Part shown: positions 7,853-17,391 of the stretch, one piece after another
How positions within the stretch are numbered: the first letter of the stretch is position 1
How the letters are laid out: each line of letters opens with the position of its first letter
Source: Actinomycetota bacterium
GTDB lineage: Bacteria; Actinomycetota; CADDZG01; JAHWKV01
Assembly (NCBI GenBank): GCA_019347715.1
Contig: JAHWKU010000009.1
Coordinates: 80 to 64,079 of the forward strand
Direction: 5' to 3'
Length of the DNA stretch: 64,000 bases
Made by a program: the position numbers and the translations under genes
Notes under the pieces: generated by a model
Database searches by the model: none
Seen by the model: the letters and a program-made list of their open reading frames with translations, nothing else
Told to the model about the DNA's origin: nothing

Positions 7853-9829
7853 GTGGAAGCATTCGATGCCGCCGGTAAGCGTTATCAGCTAACCCCTACC
7901 GGATCTTCCGGGGGTGAGGGCACGATCTATCGAGTCGCAGCGGCCCCCGATCTGGCGGCCAAGATCATGCATCCCGAGCGGTTGACGGAGGAGTTCCGGC
8001 AGAAACTCCGCGTGATGCTCGCAGCTCCTCCTGTAGACGCGGCTTACGAAGCAAGACGGCACCGATCCATCATCTGGCCCCTTTCGCTCGCGTACTCCGA
8101 GTCCACGGCTAGGAATGTGATCGGTTTCGTCATGCCGTGGATCGATACGGGACTGTTCAAGGAAGCGCATACCTACTACGACCCATCGGACCGCATCCGA
8201 AGATTCGGGGGCCTCTACAGCTGGCGCCATCTGTTGATAGCCGCATACAACCTCTCGAGCGCAGTGGCGGCGATCCACGCTCAAGGCCATCGCGTCGGAG
8301 ACCTTCGCGACACCAACATCCTGGTCGCCCCCAACTCATTGGTTTCGTTGATCGATTGCGACTCGTTCGAGATTGTTGATCCCGCCTCCGGCCGCGTCTT
8401 TCCCACCACGGTTGGCACAGGGGAGTTCATGCCGGTGGAACTTCAAGGCGTTTCCCTTGGATCCGGTGCCGCCGACCGTTATTACTCCGATCTCTACGCA
8501 CTTGCGGTGCTGATCTTCAAGTTCTTGATGCTTGGAGCACATCCCAATCAGGCACGTGAGGGTGCCGCGGCGGATCTGCCATCGATAGAGGCGAAGATCA
8601 AAGCAGGTATCTACGCGTTCGGGGGACGTGGGATGGGGGGGAGCCCGCCTGACTTTGCTCCCGACATCAAGGTCTTGTCACCTTCTATTCGACGACTGGC
8701 GGAACGCACCTTTGTTGCCGGTCATGCCGCGCCCGATCGGCGGCCATCGGCCCAGGAATGGTTCGACGCGCTCAGCATCGAAGGACCCCGACTAAAGACC
8801 TGCAAGCGCAATCCCAACCATCTCTTTGGGGGCCACCTTCGTTCGTGCCCTTGGTGCCCCATGGGCGCCCGTGGAAAGGATCCTTTCCCGGCCACCCCGA
8901 ACATCGGAGGACAGGTGGCGGCAGCCACACCAAACGGAAACGCCAGCGTCGCCGAGCGCACGGTTCATCTTTCCTCCTATATAGAGATGGCGCTGGTTGA
9001 CGGCGCGCTTTCGCAGCAGGAACTGCGGCATATCGAAAGCCTTGGCGCGAGCCTCGGGCTTCACGGGTCGGAGATCAAAAGTGTCATCCGGCAAAAAGAG
9101 AGGGAGTTCAAGCGCGTCGCGCCGGATCTTGTCGATCAAACAGCCCGCCCGGCCCCTAAGACGGTCAAGGCCGCCCCACCTCCACCGCGATCGCGAAGTA
9201 TCGAGGAACTGAAAGCTTTGCTCTCAGACTACGAAAGAAGCGAACCCGAGGAGTCTTCTCGAATGAGCCTTCGGGACCTGCCGCGCCCGATTCTGCTGGC
9301 GATCATGGTCGCGGCGTTTGCATCTATCGCCCCTTTGCTAGCAGTGATCGCCGTCGTGTTTGCGATCACTCCCGCCTTCGCATTTTCATCAGAAGTGGCT
9401 GGCGAAAGGAGAGCTGGACGGGGATGGAGCCGGATAGGACCGAAGATGCTGACGCGGGTCCCCCAGATGATCGTTCAATCGATTTACTACCTCATCCCTG
9501 CAGTCGTGTACTCACTCGTTCCGCTGACCGTGGCTTATTTCGGACTGGTCCGGCTCGGTCTCCATCCTCCGACCGTCCTTCGGTGGGTGTTCGTCGCGGC
9601 CTCATCGGGCTGGCTTGTATGGATCTTGTTGGTCGCTCCACGGGAACCCTTCGTCGCTGCGGTGGGCAACGGAGTTTGGCTGGCACATCGCGCAGTAGAG
9701 AAACGATTGCCCTCCTCGATTCTTCTTCCGGCTGTGATGGTGTCGTCGGCCGCTCTCCTCATCTGGCTAGGGCTTCGAGTGCCTGCCTTTTGGTGGCCGT
9801 TCGATGGCCCTCCATTGATCGGCCGCTAG
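7853..9829 (+). CDS. Ser/Thr protein kinase-like protein with zinc-ribbon, TerB-like helical module and C-terminal multi-TM region (TerY-P triad component C)
   Basis: Kinase motifs are GGEGTIYRV...AAKIMHP (G-loop and Lys), HRVGDLRDTNILV (catalytic loop) and LIDCDSF (DFG-like). These are followed by CKRNPNHLFGGHLRSCPWCP, YIEMALVDGALSQQELRHIESLGASLGL, and then about 5 hydrophobic helices. The GTG at 7853 follows the PP2C stop (7849..7851). The track's TTG at 7817 is an alternative start. Confidence 0.8.
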   Translation: MEAFDAAGKRYQLTPTGSSGGEGTIYRVAAAPDLAAKIMHPERLTEEFRQKLRVMLAAPPVDAAYEARRHRSIIWPLSLAYSESTARNVIGFVMPWIDTGLFKEAHTYYDPSDRIRRFGGLYSWRHLLIAAYNLSSAVAAIHAQGHRVGDLRDTNILVAPNSLVSLIDCDSFEIVDPASGRVFPTTVGTGEFMPVELQGVSLGSGAADRYYSDLYALAVLIFKFLMLGAHPNQAREGAAADLPSIEAKIKAGIYAFGGRGMGGSPPDFAPDIKVLSPSIRRLAERTFVAGHAAPDRRPSAQEWFDALSIEGPRLKTCKRNPNHLFGGHLRSCPWCPMGARGKDPFPATPNIGGQVAAATPNGNASVAERTVHLSSYIEMALVDGALSQQELRHIESLGASLGLHGSEIKSVIRQKEREFKRVAPDLVDQTARPAPKTVKAAPPPPRSRSIEELKALLSDYERSEPEESSRMSLRDLPRPILLAIMVAAFASIAPLLAVIAVVFAITPAFAFSSEVAGERRAGRGWSRIGPKMLTRVPQMIVQSIYYLIPAVVYSLVPLTVAYFGLVRLGLHPPTVLRWVFVAASSGWLVWILLVAPREPFVAAVGNGVWLAHRAVEKRLPSSILLPAVMVSSAALLIWLGLRVPAFWWPFDGPPLIGR

Positions 9830-9852
9830 TAGGACTGGCCTGCCGGGCCGCC

Positions 9853-10836
9853 CTAAATCGTGACGACGACTTTTCCTCGAGCGTGTCCTTCTTCGAGGTA
9901 CCTGAAGGCTTCCGCGGCATCGCTGAGCGAGAAGTTCTTGTCGATGACCGGCACAATGGTTCCAGCCTCGAGGAGGTCCCGCAGCAAAAGCATGTCGTCT
10001 TTCTTCAGGTTCGATAAGAAGAAGATGACCTTCTTACCGCTTCCGATCGCCGCGATTCGAGTTTTCAGGATGGGAGCAAGCGGTCCCAGCAGCCGGTTGC
10101 TCTTGCTCCCGCCAACGATCACGACAGTTGCCTCGGGCGTGAGCACGCGGCGATATTTCGAAAAGGGCCGGCTGCTGACGTTGTCGATCATGAGATCGTA
10201 TGGTCCTCCGCTCGCCGTGAAGTCCTCGCGCGTGTAGTCGAAGACGTGGTCTGCTCCAAGGGAGCCCACGTTGTCCATGTTCCTGGTGCTGCAAACGCCG
10301 GTCACCTCCGCGTTCAGCACCTTGGCGATCTGGACGGCAAAGGTTCCAACGCCCCCCGAGGCGCCGTTGATCAGAACCTTCTGGCCGGGCTGGACGGATC
10401 CCTTGTCGCGCAGCGCCTGCAGCGCGGTGACTGCTGCGACGGGTACGGCCGCCGCCTCCTCGAACGTCAGATTCGAGGGCATTGGCGTGAGCTTTTTCTC
10501 GTCGACGGTTACGTATTCGGCGAGTGCGCCTGTCCTCATGCCGAAAACCGCGTCGCCGGGTCGAAACTCCGTAACGGCCTTGCCGACTGTTTCGACCTCC
10601 CCGGCAAAGTCGGTCCCTAAGCGGATGGTCTTCGGCTTGCGGAGTCCCATCTCCATGCGAGCGATGTACGGCCTGCCCGCCATCGCATACCAGTCCGAAG
10701 GGTTTATGGAAGATGCGCGGACGCGAACGAGCACACTGCTCTCGCTGGAGGCAGGCTTCTCGATCTCAGCGAGCTCGAGTACGTCAGGAGTTCCAAATCG
10801 ATGACGCACGATCGCTTTCATTCCAAAACCCCTCAC
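9853..10836 (-). CDS. NAD(P)H-dependent medium-chain dehydrogenase/quinone oxidoreductase family
   Basis: 327-aa ORF with a GroES-like N-terminus (VRVRASSINPSDW) and a Rossmann motif (VLINGASGGVGTFAVQIAK). Confidence 0.85.
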   Translation of the reverse strand: MRGFGMKAIVRHRFGTPDVLELAEIEKPASSESSVLVRVRASSINPSDWYAMAGRPYIARMEMGLRKPKTIRLGTDFAGEVETVGKAVTEFRPGDAVFGMRTGALAEYVTVDEKKLTPMPSNLTFEEAAAVPVAAVTALQALRDKGSVQPGQKVLINGASGGVGTFAVQIAKVLNAEVTGVCSTRNMDNVGSLGADHVFDYTREDFTASGGPYDLMIDNVSSRPFSKYRRVLTPEATVVIVGGSKSNRLLGPLAPILKTRIAAIGSGKKVIFFLSNLKKDDMLLLRDLLEAGTIVPVIDKNFSLSDAAEAFRYLEEGHARGKVVVTI

Positions 10837-10983
10837 TAGCCAAAGCTAGCCGACCCGAACTGCAGTCACGCAATCCATCCAACAAAGGGCAAGTGGCTAA
10901 CCTTTGGTTGCACTTTTGGTTGCAATTTGTTACCCATCTGTTACCCAACAGCGATGTCGACCTTGCGTTTTAGCTGGTCAGAG

Positions 10984-11056
10984 TGCCCACGGCAGGATTC
11001 GAACCTGCGGCACCAGGTTTAGGAAACCTGTGCTCTATCCCCTGAGCTACGTGGGC
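10984..11056 (-). tRNA. tRNA-Arg (anticodon CCT)
   Basis: Cloverleaf folded by hand. Acceptor is GCCCACG/CGTGGGC. The anticodon stem CAGGT/ACCTG has loop TTCCTAA. The T-arm is GCAGG-TTCGAAT-CCTGC. No CCA is encoded. Confidence 0.9.
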
Positions 11057-11158
11057 AAGGGTGGAACCTTCAGAAAACTTTTCTCGATGCTTCCTTTCGG
11101 GACCTTTCGCCTCATCGAGTTTACCGAGATGGACGAAAACGAACGGAGGGGGACCGAA

Positions 11159-11911
11159 TTAACGCGCGAGTTCTCCGGCGCGTGCAAGCTTTACAGCTTC
11201 GTTGACGCCTTGATGCCATGGCTCACCATGTCCCGGCAAGACGACGCGCGCCTCCAGTGACTCGAGCTTGTCAAGCGATGCCACTGCATCCTGGTGACTA
11301 GTGTTGAGCTGGGGCGGCATGATCGAGGGAGGTCCCGTGAACCGCCGCGCGTCGGTGGTTAATAGGGCGTCGGCGGAGAAGAGCACGTTTCTCTTCTCCA
11401 TATAGAAGGAGCTGTGGCCTGAAGTGTGGCCGGGAGTGTGAATGGCACGCAGTTCGCCGGGGACCTCGAGGATCTCGCCGTCCTGGAATGAGTTGGCGGC
11501 CGACACTGTCGGCGACCCCATCCCACCGTTTCTCGCGGCATGCATGAGATAGGCGACGATCGTGGGATAGCGAAACAATGGGAAGAAGTTGGGGACCTTC
11601 GCCTTTTCCTTCCCGATCGAGTAAGGAAGATCGAGGGAGTGGATCAAGACCTGCGCCCCCGATTCCTCGGCGATCGTCTGCGCGTTGCCGAGATGGTCGG
11701 AGTGGTAGTGCGATACCACGATCGCCTTGATGTCGGAAAAGGATTTGCCGAGACGTTCCAAGAGAATAGGAAGCTGCTTGTGGTAGCCCTTGAAACCTGT
11801 GTCGAGGACAGTCAGAGCTCCCTTATCCTCGATGAGGTACCAGTTCGACCACTTCGTGCCGAGACGAAATACCCCGTCCACAACTTGCTCATTCCTCATC
11901 TCTGCGCTCAT
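11159..11911 (-). CDS. MBL-fold metallo-hydrolase
   Basis: HYHSDHLGN and HTPGHTSGH motifs. Start set at MSAEMRNEQ (ATG at 11911) behind AAGGAGG. The track ORF extends to 11947. Confidence 0.85.
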   Translation of the reverse strand: MSAEMRNEQVVDGVFRLGTKWSNWYLIEDKGALTVLDTGFKGYHKQLPILLERLGKSFSDIKAIVVSHYHSDHLGNAQTIAEESGAQVLIHSLDLPYSIGKEKAKVPNFFPLFRYPTIVAYLMHAARNGGMGSPTVSAANSFQDGEILEVPGELRAIHTPGHTSGHSSFYMEKRNVLFSADALLTTDARRFTGPPSIMPPQLNTSHQDAVASLDKLESLEARVVLPGHGEPWHQGVNEAVKLARAGELAR

Positions 11912-11918
11912 TAGTTCT

Positions 11919-12893
11919 CTACCCCTCCTTAGTGTCCGTCGCAGCAATCGCCGCGGCCCATCCTTCGTCGGAAACTACTGCCAGATGAAGATTCCAGCCC
12001 TTACGTCCATGAGCGGGCTCCCATAAAAACCACTTGAGATCGGAGACGGCTTGGCCTAGTTCGGCTGGGTCCGGGGGCCATTCGAGGTCGGCCATGATGG
12101 ATGCAGCCCACCAAGCTGCGAAGCGACCAAAGGCTGCGCCCCGGCGCTTTCCTTCAGCACCTCCGCTGGCGGCCGCCCATCCCATCAGTGCAAAAGCGTC
12201 TGACGCGGTGACTTCTCCCATCCGAAACTCTTCGTGTCCAAAGGCAGCGATTGCTCCTTCCGCATTGCCATCTCCGATCGAGACTTCGACGACGCCGTTT
12301 GACTGCGAGATCCATACGTCAACCAGTCCGAATAGCGCGCGTCGAAGTTCATCGTCGTCGAGGGGTTCAAACGAAGACGCCGATCCCGGTGCCATCGACG
12401 GATCTACCTTGGGGTCCGGAAAGAGTGCTTTCGACGAACGGTAAACGGCTAATGGATACTCCGGTTCCCATTCCGCGAGTATCAGCGGCATCTCCATGAT
12501 CTCGGCGTGGGTGCCGGCCGCCTCCCGTAGGTCCTCTCCTCTCACCACCCGCTCGGCGGCGACCGACCCGCTCGACTGAGGCGATGGAATGTGCGCGGCC
12601 AGCTCCTCGAAGGTGTGAGTGGACGCCGCCACTTCGGTCAGGGGGCCGAGCGCAAACTTTCCCGCTTCCGGATCCAGGACGGCAGCGGCGTAAGGGCCCG
12701 GTGCCTCGAGGGCAAGCCGGTAGTCGATATGTTCCGCGATTGGCCACAGTTGCTTGCCGCGCTCGACCGCCTGCCTGCATCTCTGTGCAAGTTCGACGAG
12801 ACCGTCCCAATCTCGGGTTTCTGCGAGGCCATCGACTCGCGCGAGAAGTGGATTGGGCTCTGCAGCCTCTACAAGATCCTCTATCTCAGCCAA
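11919..12893 (-). CDS. Hypothetical protein (no family recognised)
   Basis: 324-aa ORF with protein-like composition, tightly packed upstream of the MBL gene in the same direction. Confidence 0.6.
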   Translation of the reverse strand: MAEIEDLVEAAEPNPLLARVDGLAETRDWDGLVELAQRCRQAVERGKQLWPIAEHIDYRLALEAPGPYAAAVLDPEAGKFALGPLTEVAASTHTFEELAAHIPSPQSSGSVAAERVVRGEDLREAAGTHAEIMEMPLILAEWEPEYPLAVYRSSKALFPDPKVDPSMAPGSASSFEPLDDDELRRALFGLVDVWISQSNGVVEVSIGDGNAEGAIAAFGHEEFRMGEVTASDAFALMGWAAASGGAEGKRRGAAFGRFAAWWAASIMADLEWPPDPAELGQAVSDLKWFLWEPAHGRKGWNLHLAVVSDEGWAAAIAATDTKEG

Positions 12894-12920
12894 GGAACTC
12901 GTGATTCGAATCGAAAAGCA

Positions 12921-13916
12921 TCAAAGAGGCGGATCGGTGCAGCCTGCCGCACCTCCTCCACCTCCGGCTGGGGCCTGCCTTGGATATGGCTCGGTGAAGC
13001 CGGAACCGGGATCCTCGGTGGTTAGAAATCGACTGATACCGCGGGCAACGGCTTCGCCTTCGGCTTGCTGAACATCCAGGCGACTCAATAGATCCGCCTC
13101 CGGTGGGTTGCTGATAAAGGCGAGTTCTGCCAGGGCTGCCGGTGTTCCCTGGGTGTGACGAATGATGCCGTAGTAATCGTTTCCGCTCGAGCTCTTGCGG
13201 TATTTGGCCCCCGCGTCGGTGTCACCCACCCAGCTAATTCCCTGGTACTGCGAAAGAGTCCGAACGACTTCCTCGTAAACGAGACCGGCAAGACGCTTCG
13301 ACTCCGCAGAACTCGACCCGACGGTTTGATAATAGGTTTCGGTCCCCGGCCGTGGGAGCGGCCCATCGGCCTCGGCGTTGTGGTGGATCGAGACGAACGC
13401 CTTGGGCTCGAGGGCCTTCACGATCTTGCCGCGAGCTTCGAGTGTGATTCGGTAGTCAGTGGTCCGGGTGAGGACCACGTTGGCGCCATTTCCTCGAAGG
13501 AACGACTCGGCGAAGCCCGTCACAGAGAGATTCAATTCTTTCTCGGTGAGTCCATTGGGACCCACAGCTCCAACCTCACTGCCTCCGTGCCCGGGATCCA
13601 AGACGACCATCGCGCCATCCAGCGGAATCCCTGTGGAGACGACCGCAGAATTGCCGCAGGGAGTTCCCACGAGGGCTCCGTCCGCCTGCGCACGAAGAAC
13701 CGGAGCGACGACTCCCGATGGAGTGATCACAGCCTTCGCCGAGGTTCCGGCAAGTGATGCCGGAGTTGGAGGTGCTGCGGTGGGTTCCTCGAGGGTGGGA
13801 GTTGGTGGAGAAGCGGACGGAGATGTGATTGGCGATGGCGGCGCGATGGGTGCCCTCGTTGGGGAACATGTGATGAGCGCAGTAAGAAATAGCAGAACGG
13901 TCGTTATCCTGATCAT
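12921..13916 (-). CDS. N-acetylmuramoyl-L-alanine amidase (Amidase_3), probable lipoprotein
   Basis: Signal and lipobox region LTALITCS, a Pro/Ser/Thr linker, then VVLDPGHGGSEVGA and FVSIHHNA motifs. Confidence 0.85.
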   Translation of the reverse strand: MIRITTVLLFLTALITCSPTRAPIAPPSPITSPSASPPTPTLEEPTAAPPTPASLAGTSAKAVITPSGVVAPVLRAQADGALVGTPCGNSAVVSTGIPLDGAMVVLDPGHGGSEVGAVGPNGLTEKELNLSVTGFAESFLRGNGANVVLTRTTDYRITLEARGKIVKALEPKAFVSIHHNAEADGPLPRPGTETYYQTVGSSSAESKRLAGLVYEEVVRTLSQYQGISWVGDTDAGAKYRKSSSGNDYYGIIRHTQGTPAALAELAFISNPPEADLLSRLDVQQAEGEAVARGISRFLTTEDPGSGFTEPYPRQAPAGGGGGAAGCTDPPL

Positions 13917-14773
13917 TCTTCCAATCCGTTCACGAATCGTTTGATGGATGGCATTACTTCGGACCTGAAGGTCGTTAGAAAGGCATGGCTGCCGCCGGCG
14001 AACATTTGGAGGTTCGGACGCGGGTTCAATCCAGCGTGGAACTCTGCATGGGCGGGCCGAACGGTGGTGTCTTCGTCTCCATGCAGAACGAGAAGGGGGG
14101 TGTCGAAGGCAGACGGCTGCTTCGTCCGGCTGATCTGTGTCTGAAGACGATCGTTTCGAACTCCATCAATGCCCGGAGGAGCCTCTAGGGTGAAGCGTGC
14201 TCTCGATCTCAAATCTTCGGCGATGACGGGATCTTGATCGAGCCTCTCGATCTCGGTTTTCGTCAGAGTCATGTTGAGCACTGCTCTGGCGAATTCGTCG
14301 TCCTTGATACTGCGCTGCATCACCTCTCGTAATTGCTCGTATTCCTTCTTCAGCTCGCGCTCGTCCAGCTCGATCGCAAGCTGATCTTCTGGAGTCTTCG
14401 AGTGAAAATGAGGGGCAAGGGCACATGCGAGGACGACAGCGCGAACTCGGTTGGGGTAGGCCGCGACCGCAGACAACACAGGCGGGCCCCCGTTCGAGAC
14501 GCCGATCATCACTGCATTGCCAATGTTGAGCGCGTCGAGGACACCAACCAACATCTGCCCCTGTTGATCAAAAGACTCGCCGGACGAGATCGGTGTATGG
14601 CCATATCCCGGCCGAGATACTGTGATCAGCTGGAACTCATCGAGGTCGCCGGCCATCCACTCGTAGTTGCGCCAGGAGGAGCCGAATCCTCTGCCGTGCG
14701 CGACGACCACGGCCGGGCCGCTGCCTTTAACGCCAATTTCTACCGGGCCTGACGCAGTCTCCACGATGCGCAT
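13913..14773 (-). CDS. Alpha/beta hydrolase
   Basis: 286-aa ORF with nucleophile elbow IGVSNGG, late LVLHGDED, and a 4-nt overlap with the amidase gene. Confidence 0.8.
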   Translation of the reverse strand: MRIVETASGPVEIGVKGSGPAVVVAHGRGFGSSWRNYEWMAGDLDEFQLITVSRPGYGHTPISSGESFDQQGQMLVGVLDALNIGNAVMIGVSNGGPPVLSAVAAYPNRVRAVVLACALAPHFHSKTPEDQLAIELDERELKKEYEQLREVMQRSIKDDEFARAVLNMTLTKTEIERLDQDPVIAEDLRSRARFTLEAPPGIDGVRNDRLQTQISRTKQPSAFDTPLLVLHGDEDTTVRPAHAEFHAGLNPRPNLQMFAGGSHAFLTTFRSEVMPSIKRFVNGLEE

Positions 14774-14892
14774 GGTTACGGGTTTGCCTTCTAATCAGTT
14801 CCCAAGAGTTTACGTGGCCTCTTCCCATTCATGATTTGGTTTTGAATGAGAGTCCATGGGAAAGAAAAGCCAGACTAGCAAGGGAGTGGATA

Positions 14893-15141
14893 ATGACTGC
14901 GCCAAACGACTCCGAGACCTTCGTATGTGATGCCTGCGGACGCGAACTGCCGATGCGGAAGATGAAAGAAGTCGTCAATGATGCTGGCGAAACCGAGCGC
15001 CTATGTCCCGAGGACCTCGACAAGCGGATGAATGCCGCGAACGAAGTCAAGGGTGGGCCCGGAGAGCAGAAGGAAGCCGCAGCGTACGTCGACGAGGCGG
15101 CGGAGGAAGCTCCCTACGGCGAACGCGACAACGCCGACTGA
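14893..15141 (+). CDS. Small hypothetical protein with a CxxC element
   Basis: MTAPNDSETFVCDACGRELPMRKM... Start at the ATG at 14893 behind GGGAGTGG. The acidic tail overlaps the convergent gene by 28 nt. Confidence 0.4.
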   Translation: MTAPNDSETFVCDACGRELPMRKMKEVVNDAGETERLCPEDLDKRMNAANEVKGGPGEQKEAAAYVDEAAEEAPYGERDNAD

Positions 15142-15602
15142 GCCGCATTGGAGTGGTGCTGATTTAGGTCTTCGATCTGCGATTCGGCGCGCTTGATCAG
15201 TTCTTCCAGTGAAAACCCTGGCGGAACACTGATCGACGGTTCGATCTGATCAAGAGAACGCCATAGAGCCAGCTTCGCATTGACTCCCACGAACAAACCC
15301 TCCAACTCTTCCAGGCGACTCAGATCCGAGTAGCCGGTGAGCTGCCCGTTCAGCTTGATGCGGCCAATCTTTTCCACAATCCATCCAGCCGCTTGTTTCA
15401 CATTGCTCTTGGGGAGTCCGAGGTGTTCGATCAGAGACTCCAAGGCACCTTTGTCTTGCTCTATTTGAACCACGAGACCGTCCAGAAATTGTCCAAGCGA
15501 GGACCCTTCGTTGTTGGAACGGCATCTCCGAGCAAGCTCCAGGCCCCCAACCGCGCCGGCGAGATGGTCGTTTAGATAGATCTCAAGCAGTTTGTGATTC
15601 AT
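15114..15602 (-). CDS. Hypothetical helical protein
   Basis: 162-aa ORF (MNHKLLEIYLNDHLAGAVGG...) that abuts the DUF2795 gene in the same direction. Confidence 0.6.
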   Translation of the reverse strand: MNHKLLEIYLNDHLAGAVGGLELARRCRSNNEGSSLGQFLDGLVVQIEQDKGALESLIEHLGLPKSNVKQAAGWIVEKIGRIKLNGQLTGYSDLSRLEELEGLFVGVNAKLALWRSLDQIEPSISVPPGFSLEELIKRAESQIEDLNQHHSNAAQSALSRSP

Positions 15603-16010
15603 CTAGAACCGCTCTTCTGCGTGACCGCCGAGGGCTTCCCAAACATCCTGGACATTTTCGAACTGGGTTCCTTCGGGAAGCTGCTGAAGCTGGCCGACTA
15701 TCTTTTCGGGGGCATGATGTTCTTGGGCGTTCGCCAAGAGTGACTGGCGATCCGCAGGAAACACGACTTGGTCGAGGAATCGCGCAATGTTGCTTCTGTT
15801 TTCGATTTCTTCCGGATCCAAGGCATCATCCGGATGGTCCCCTGATCTCAGTGGACCTTCTCTCACCTCTGGCTGATCTTCGCCCGGAGGCTCCTTTTCG
15901 CGGCCCTCCTGAGCTCGGCTCTCCACAGGGGCCCCGCGGGTGACCGAATCCACTTCCTTTTTCATCTCATCGTCGATCCGCGAGCCGTGCTTGCTCGTTT
16001 CTCGGTCCAT
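15603..16010 (-). CDS. DUF2795 domain protein
   Basis: The C-terminal IARFLDQVVFPADRQSLLANAQEHHAPEKIVGQLQQLPEGTQFENVQDVWEAL matches DUF2795. Start set at MDRETSKHG (ATG at 16010). The 228-aa track extension overlaps the upstream BNR gene and is Arg/Pro/Ser-rich. Confidence 0.75.
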   Translation of the reverse strand: MDRETSKHGSRIDDEMKKEVDSVTRGAPVESRAQEGREKEPPGEDQPEVREGPLRSGDHPDDALDPEEIENRSNIARFLDQVVFPADRQSLLANAQEHHAPEKIVGQLQQLPEGTQFENVQDVWEALGGHAEERF

Positions 16011-16078
16011 GGGATCCTCCTGACCTCTATCTTCATCTTCCCCCCAGACGGGAGAATCACTCCTGGAAGGAACGAGTC

Positions 16079-17152
16079 TTAAAGAGCGGCTGCAGTGACT
16101 GAATAGACCGGGGGAAGGTCGGCCGTTATGCGCTGCCACTTGGTGCCTTCGTCCAGACTGGAATAGAGGTGGCCGGTGTTCGTGCCGAAGTAAATGCCCG
16201 CTGGGTCCATCTCGTCGACAGTCAGCCCTTCTCGGTAGATGCCCATGAATGCATCTTGCTGAGGAAGCCCGTCTCCGAAGCTCTCCCATGAGCTGCCTCC
16301 ATCGTTCGTCCTGAAGACTCTCAATTTCCCTTCCGGCGGACAGCGAAGCTCAGCACCCTGAAGAGGGATCACATAAGCGGTCTCTGGATCGCGTGGGTGC
16401 ACGCCGATGGGGAATCCGAAATCCGACGGGAGGCCCTTCGTTATCTCAGTCCAGGAGTCTCCCTGGTCATCACTTCGATAGACGCCGCAATGGTTCTGCT
16501 GATAAAGGCGGCCGTCTTGGGCAAGTACCGCGTCGTGAACGCACTGACCGAACTCCGGATACTTGTCGGGCTGGAATTCCGCGCGCACCCCTTTATTCAT
16601 CGTCTCCCACGTCTCGCCGCCATCCGTGGAACGAAACACTCCAACGGCCGATATTCCGACCCACATCTGGTTCGAGTCCGCCGGATCGAGAAGGATGGTG
16701 TGAAGACACAAGCCTCCCGCCCCCGGCTGCCAGCGCTCGCGCGATGGGTGGGAGGTGAGGCCCTTCATCTCTTCCCAGCTGGCACCTCCATCCTGCGAAC
16801 GAAATAGAGATGCCGGTGCAGCCCCGGCGTATAGAACATCAGGCTGATCCTCGAGCCCCGGCTCGATATGCCAAACACGGTCGAGCTTGAGGCCCGAATC
16901 GGGGGAGAACGATGGAGATGTCTCCGAGTCGATCCATGTCTTTCCGAGATCTGTGGAGTAGGAAATCCGCGACCCAAACCAGGGTGAGTTGGCGGTCGCG
17001 AAGAGTCTTTTTGTTCTCGGGTCGAGGACCGCGTGATTGATCTCGAGGCCGGGCAGATACGGTCCGTCGGTCTTCCATTCTTTGCGGCTCTCGTCGCTCG
17101 TGAGAAGGAAAAGTCCCTTGGCTGTCCCCACGCAGAGAAGTCGTTCGGTCAT
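16079..17152 (-). CDS. BNR/Asp-box repeat protein (sialidase-fold / Ycf48-like beta-propeller)
   Basis: Repeated SxDxGxTW boxes: STDLGKTW, SQDGGASW, STDGGETW, SDDQGDSW, TNDGGSSW, SLDEGTKW. Confidence 0.8.
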   Translation of the reverse strand: MTERLLCVGTAKGLFLLTSDESRKEWKTDGPYLPGLEINHAVLDPRTKRLFATANSPWFGSRISYSTDLGKTWIDSETSPSFSPDSGLKLDRVWHIEPGLEDQPDVLYAGAAPASLFRSQDGGASWEEMKGLTSHPSRERWQPGAGGLCLHTILLDPADSNQMWVGISAVGVFRSTDGGETWETMNKGVRAEFQPDKYPEFGQCVHDAVLAQDGRLYQQNHCGVYRSDDQGDSWTEITKGLPSDFGFPIGVHPRDPETAYVIPLQGAELRCPPEGKLRVFRTNDGGSSWESFGDGLPQQDAFMGIYREGLTVDEMDPAGIYFGTNTGHLYSSLDEGTKWQRITADLPPVYSVTAAAL

Positions 17153-17391
17153 CGGTTTCCCCTTATTCCGTTCTGCGCTCCGGCGATCTCATCGGATAGC
17201 TCCCGCCATTCTTTCTCAGCCCAGCGAAGTTTCTCTACGGCTGCGGCAAGTGAGTTGAAGTGAACACCTACGATGCTTACTCGGGGCGAGAGGTAGTTAT
17301 CCCCGATCAGGGCATCCAGTTCGCGACGTGCCATCTGCACCCGGTCCAAAATGCTCTTCAGTCTTTCCATTTGATCCTGGGTTATCTCCAT
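17149..17391 (-). CDS. Small coiled-coil hypothetical protein
   Basis: 80 aa (MEITQDQMERLKSILDRVQMARRELDAL...). This is the only non-overlapping part of the 269-aa track ORF. It overlaps uppP by 10 nt and the BNR gene by 4 nt. Confidence 0.45.
   Translation of the reverse strand: MEITQDQMERLKSILDRVQMARRELDALIGDNYLSPRVSIVGVHFNSLAAAVEKLRWAEKEWRELSDEIAGAQNGIRGNR

Noticed and set aside
9830-10983. tRNA-Arg-associated island covering the TerY-P triad
   Set aside because: I looked for a direct repeat of the tRNA-Arg 3' end to the left of the tRNA and found none by eye. There is no integrase, and the boundaries are unsupported.
16011-16289. N-terminal extension of the DUF2795 ORF to 228 aa
   Set aside because: The extension overlaps the 3' end of the BNR gene (16079..17152) in another frame and is Arg/Pro/Ser/His-rich. 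An internal ATG at 16010 gives a normal DUF2795 protein.
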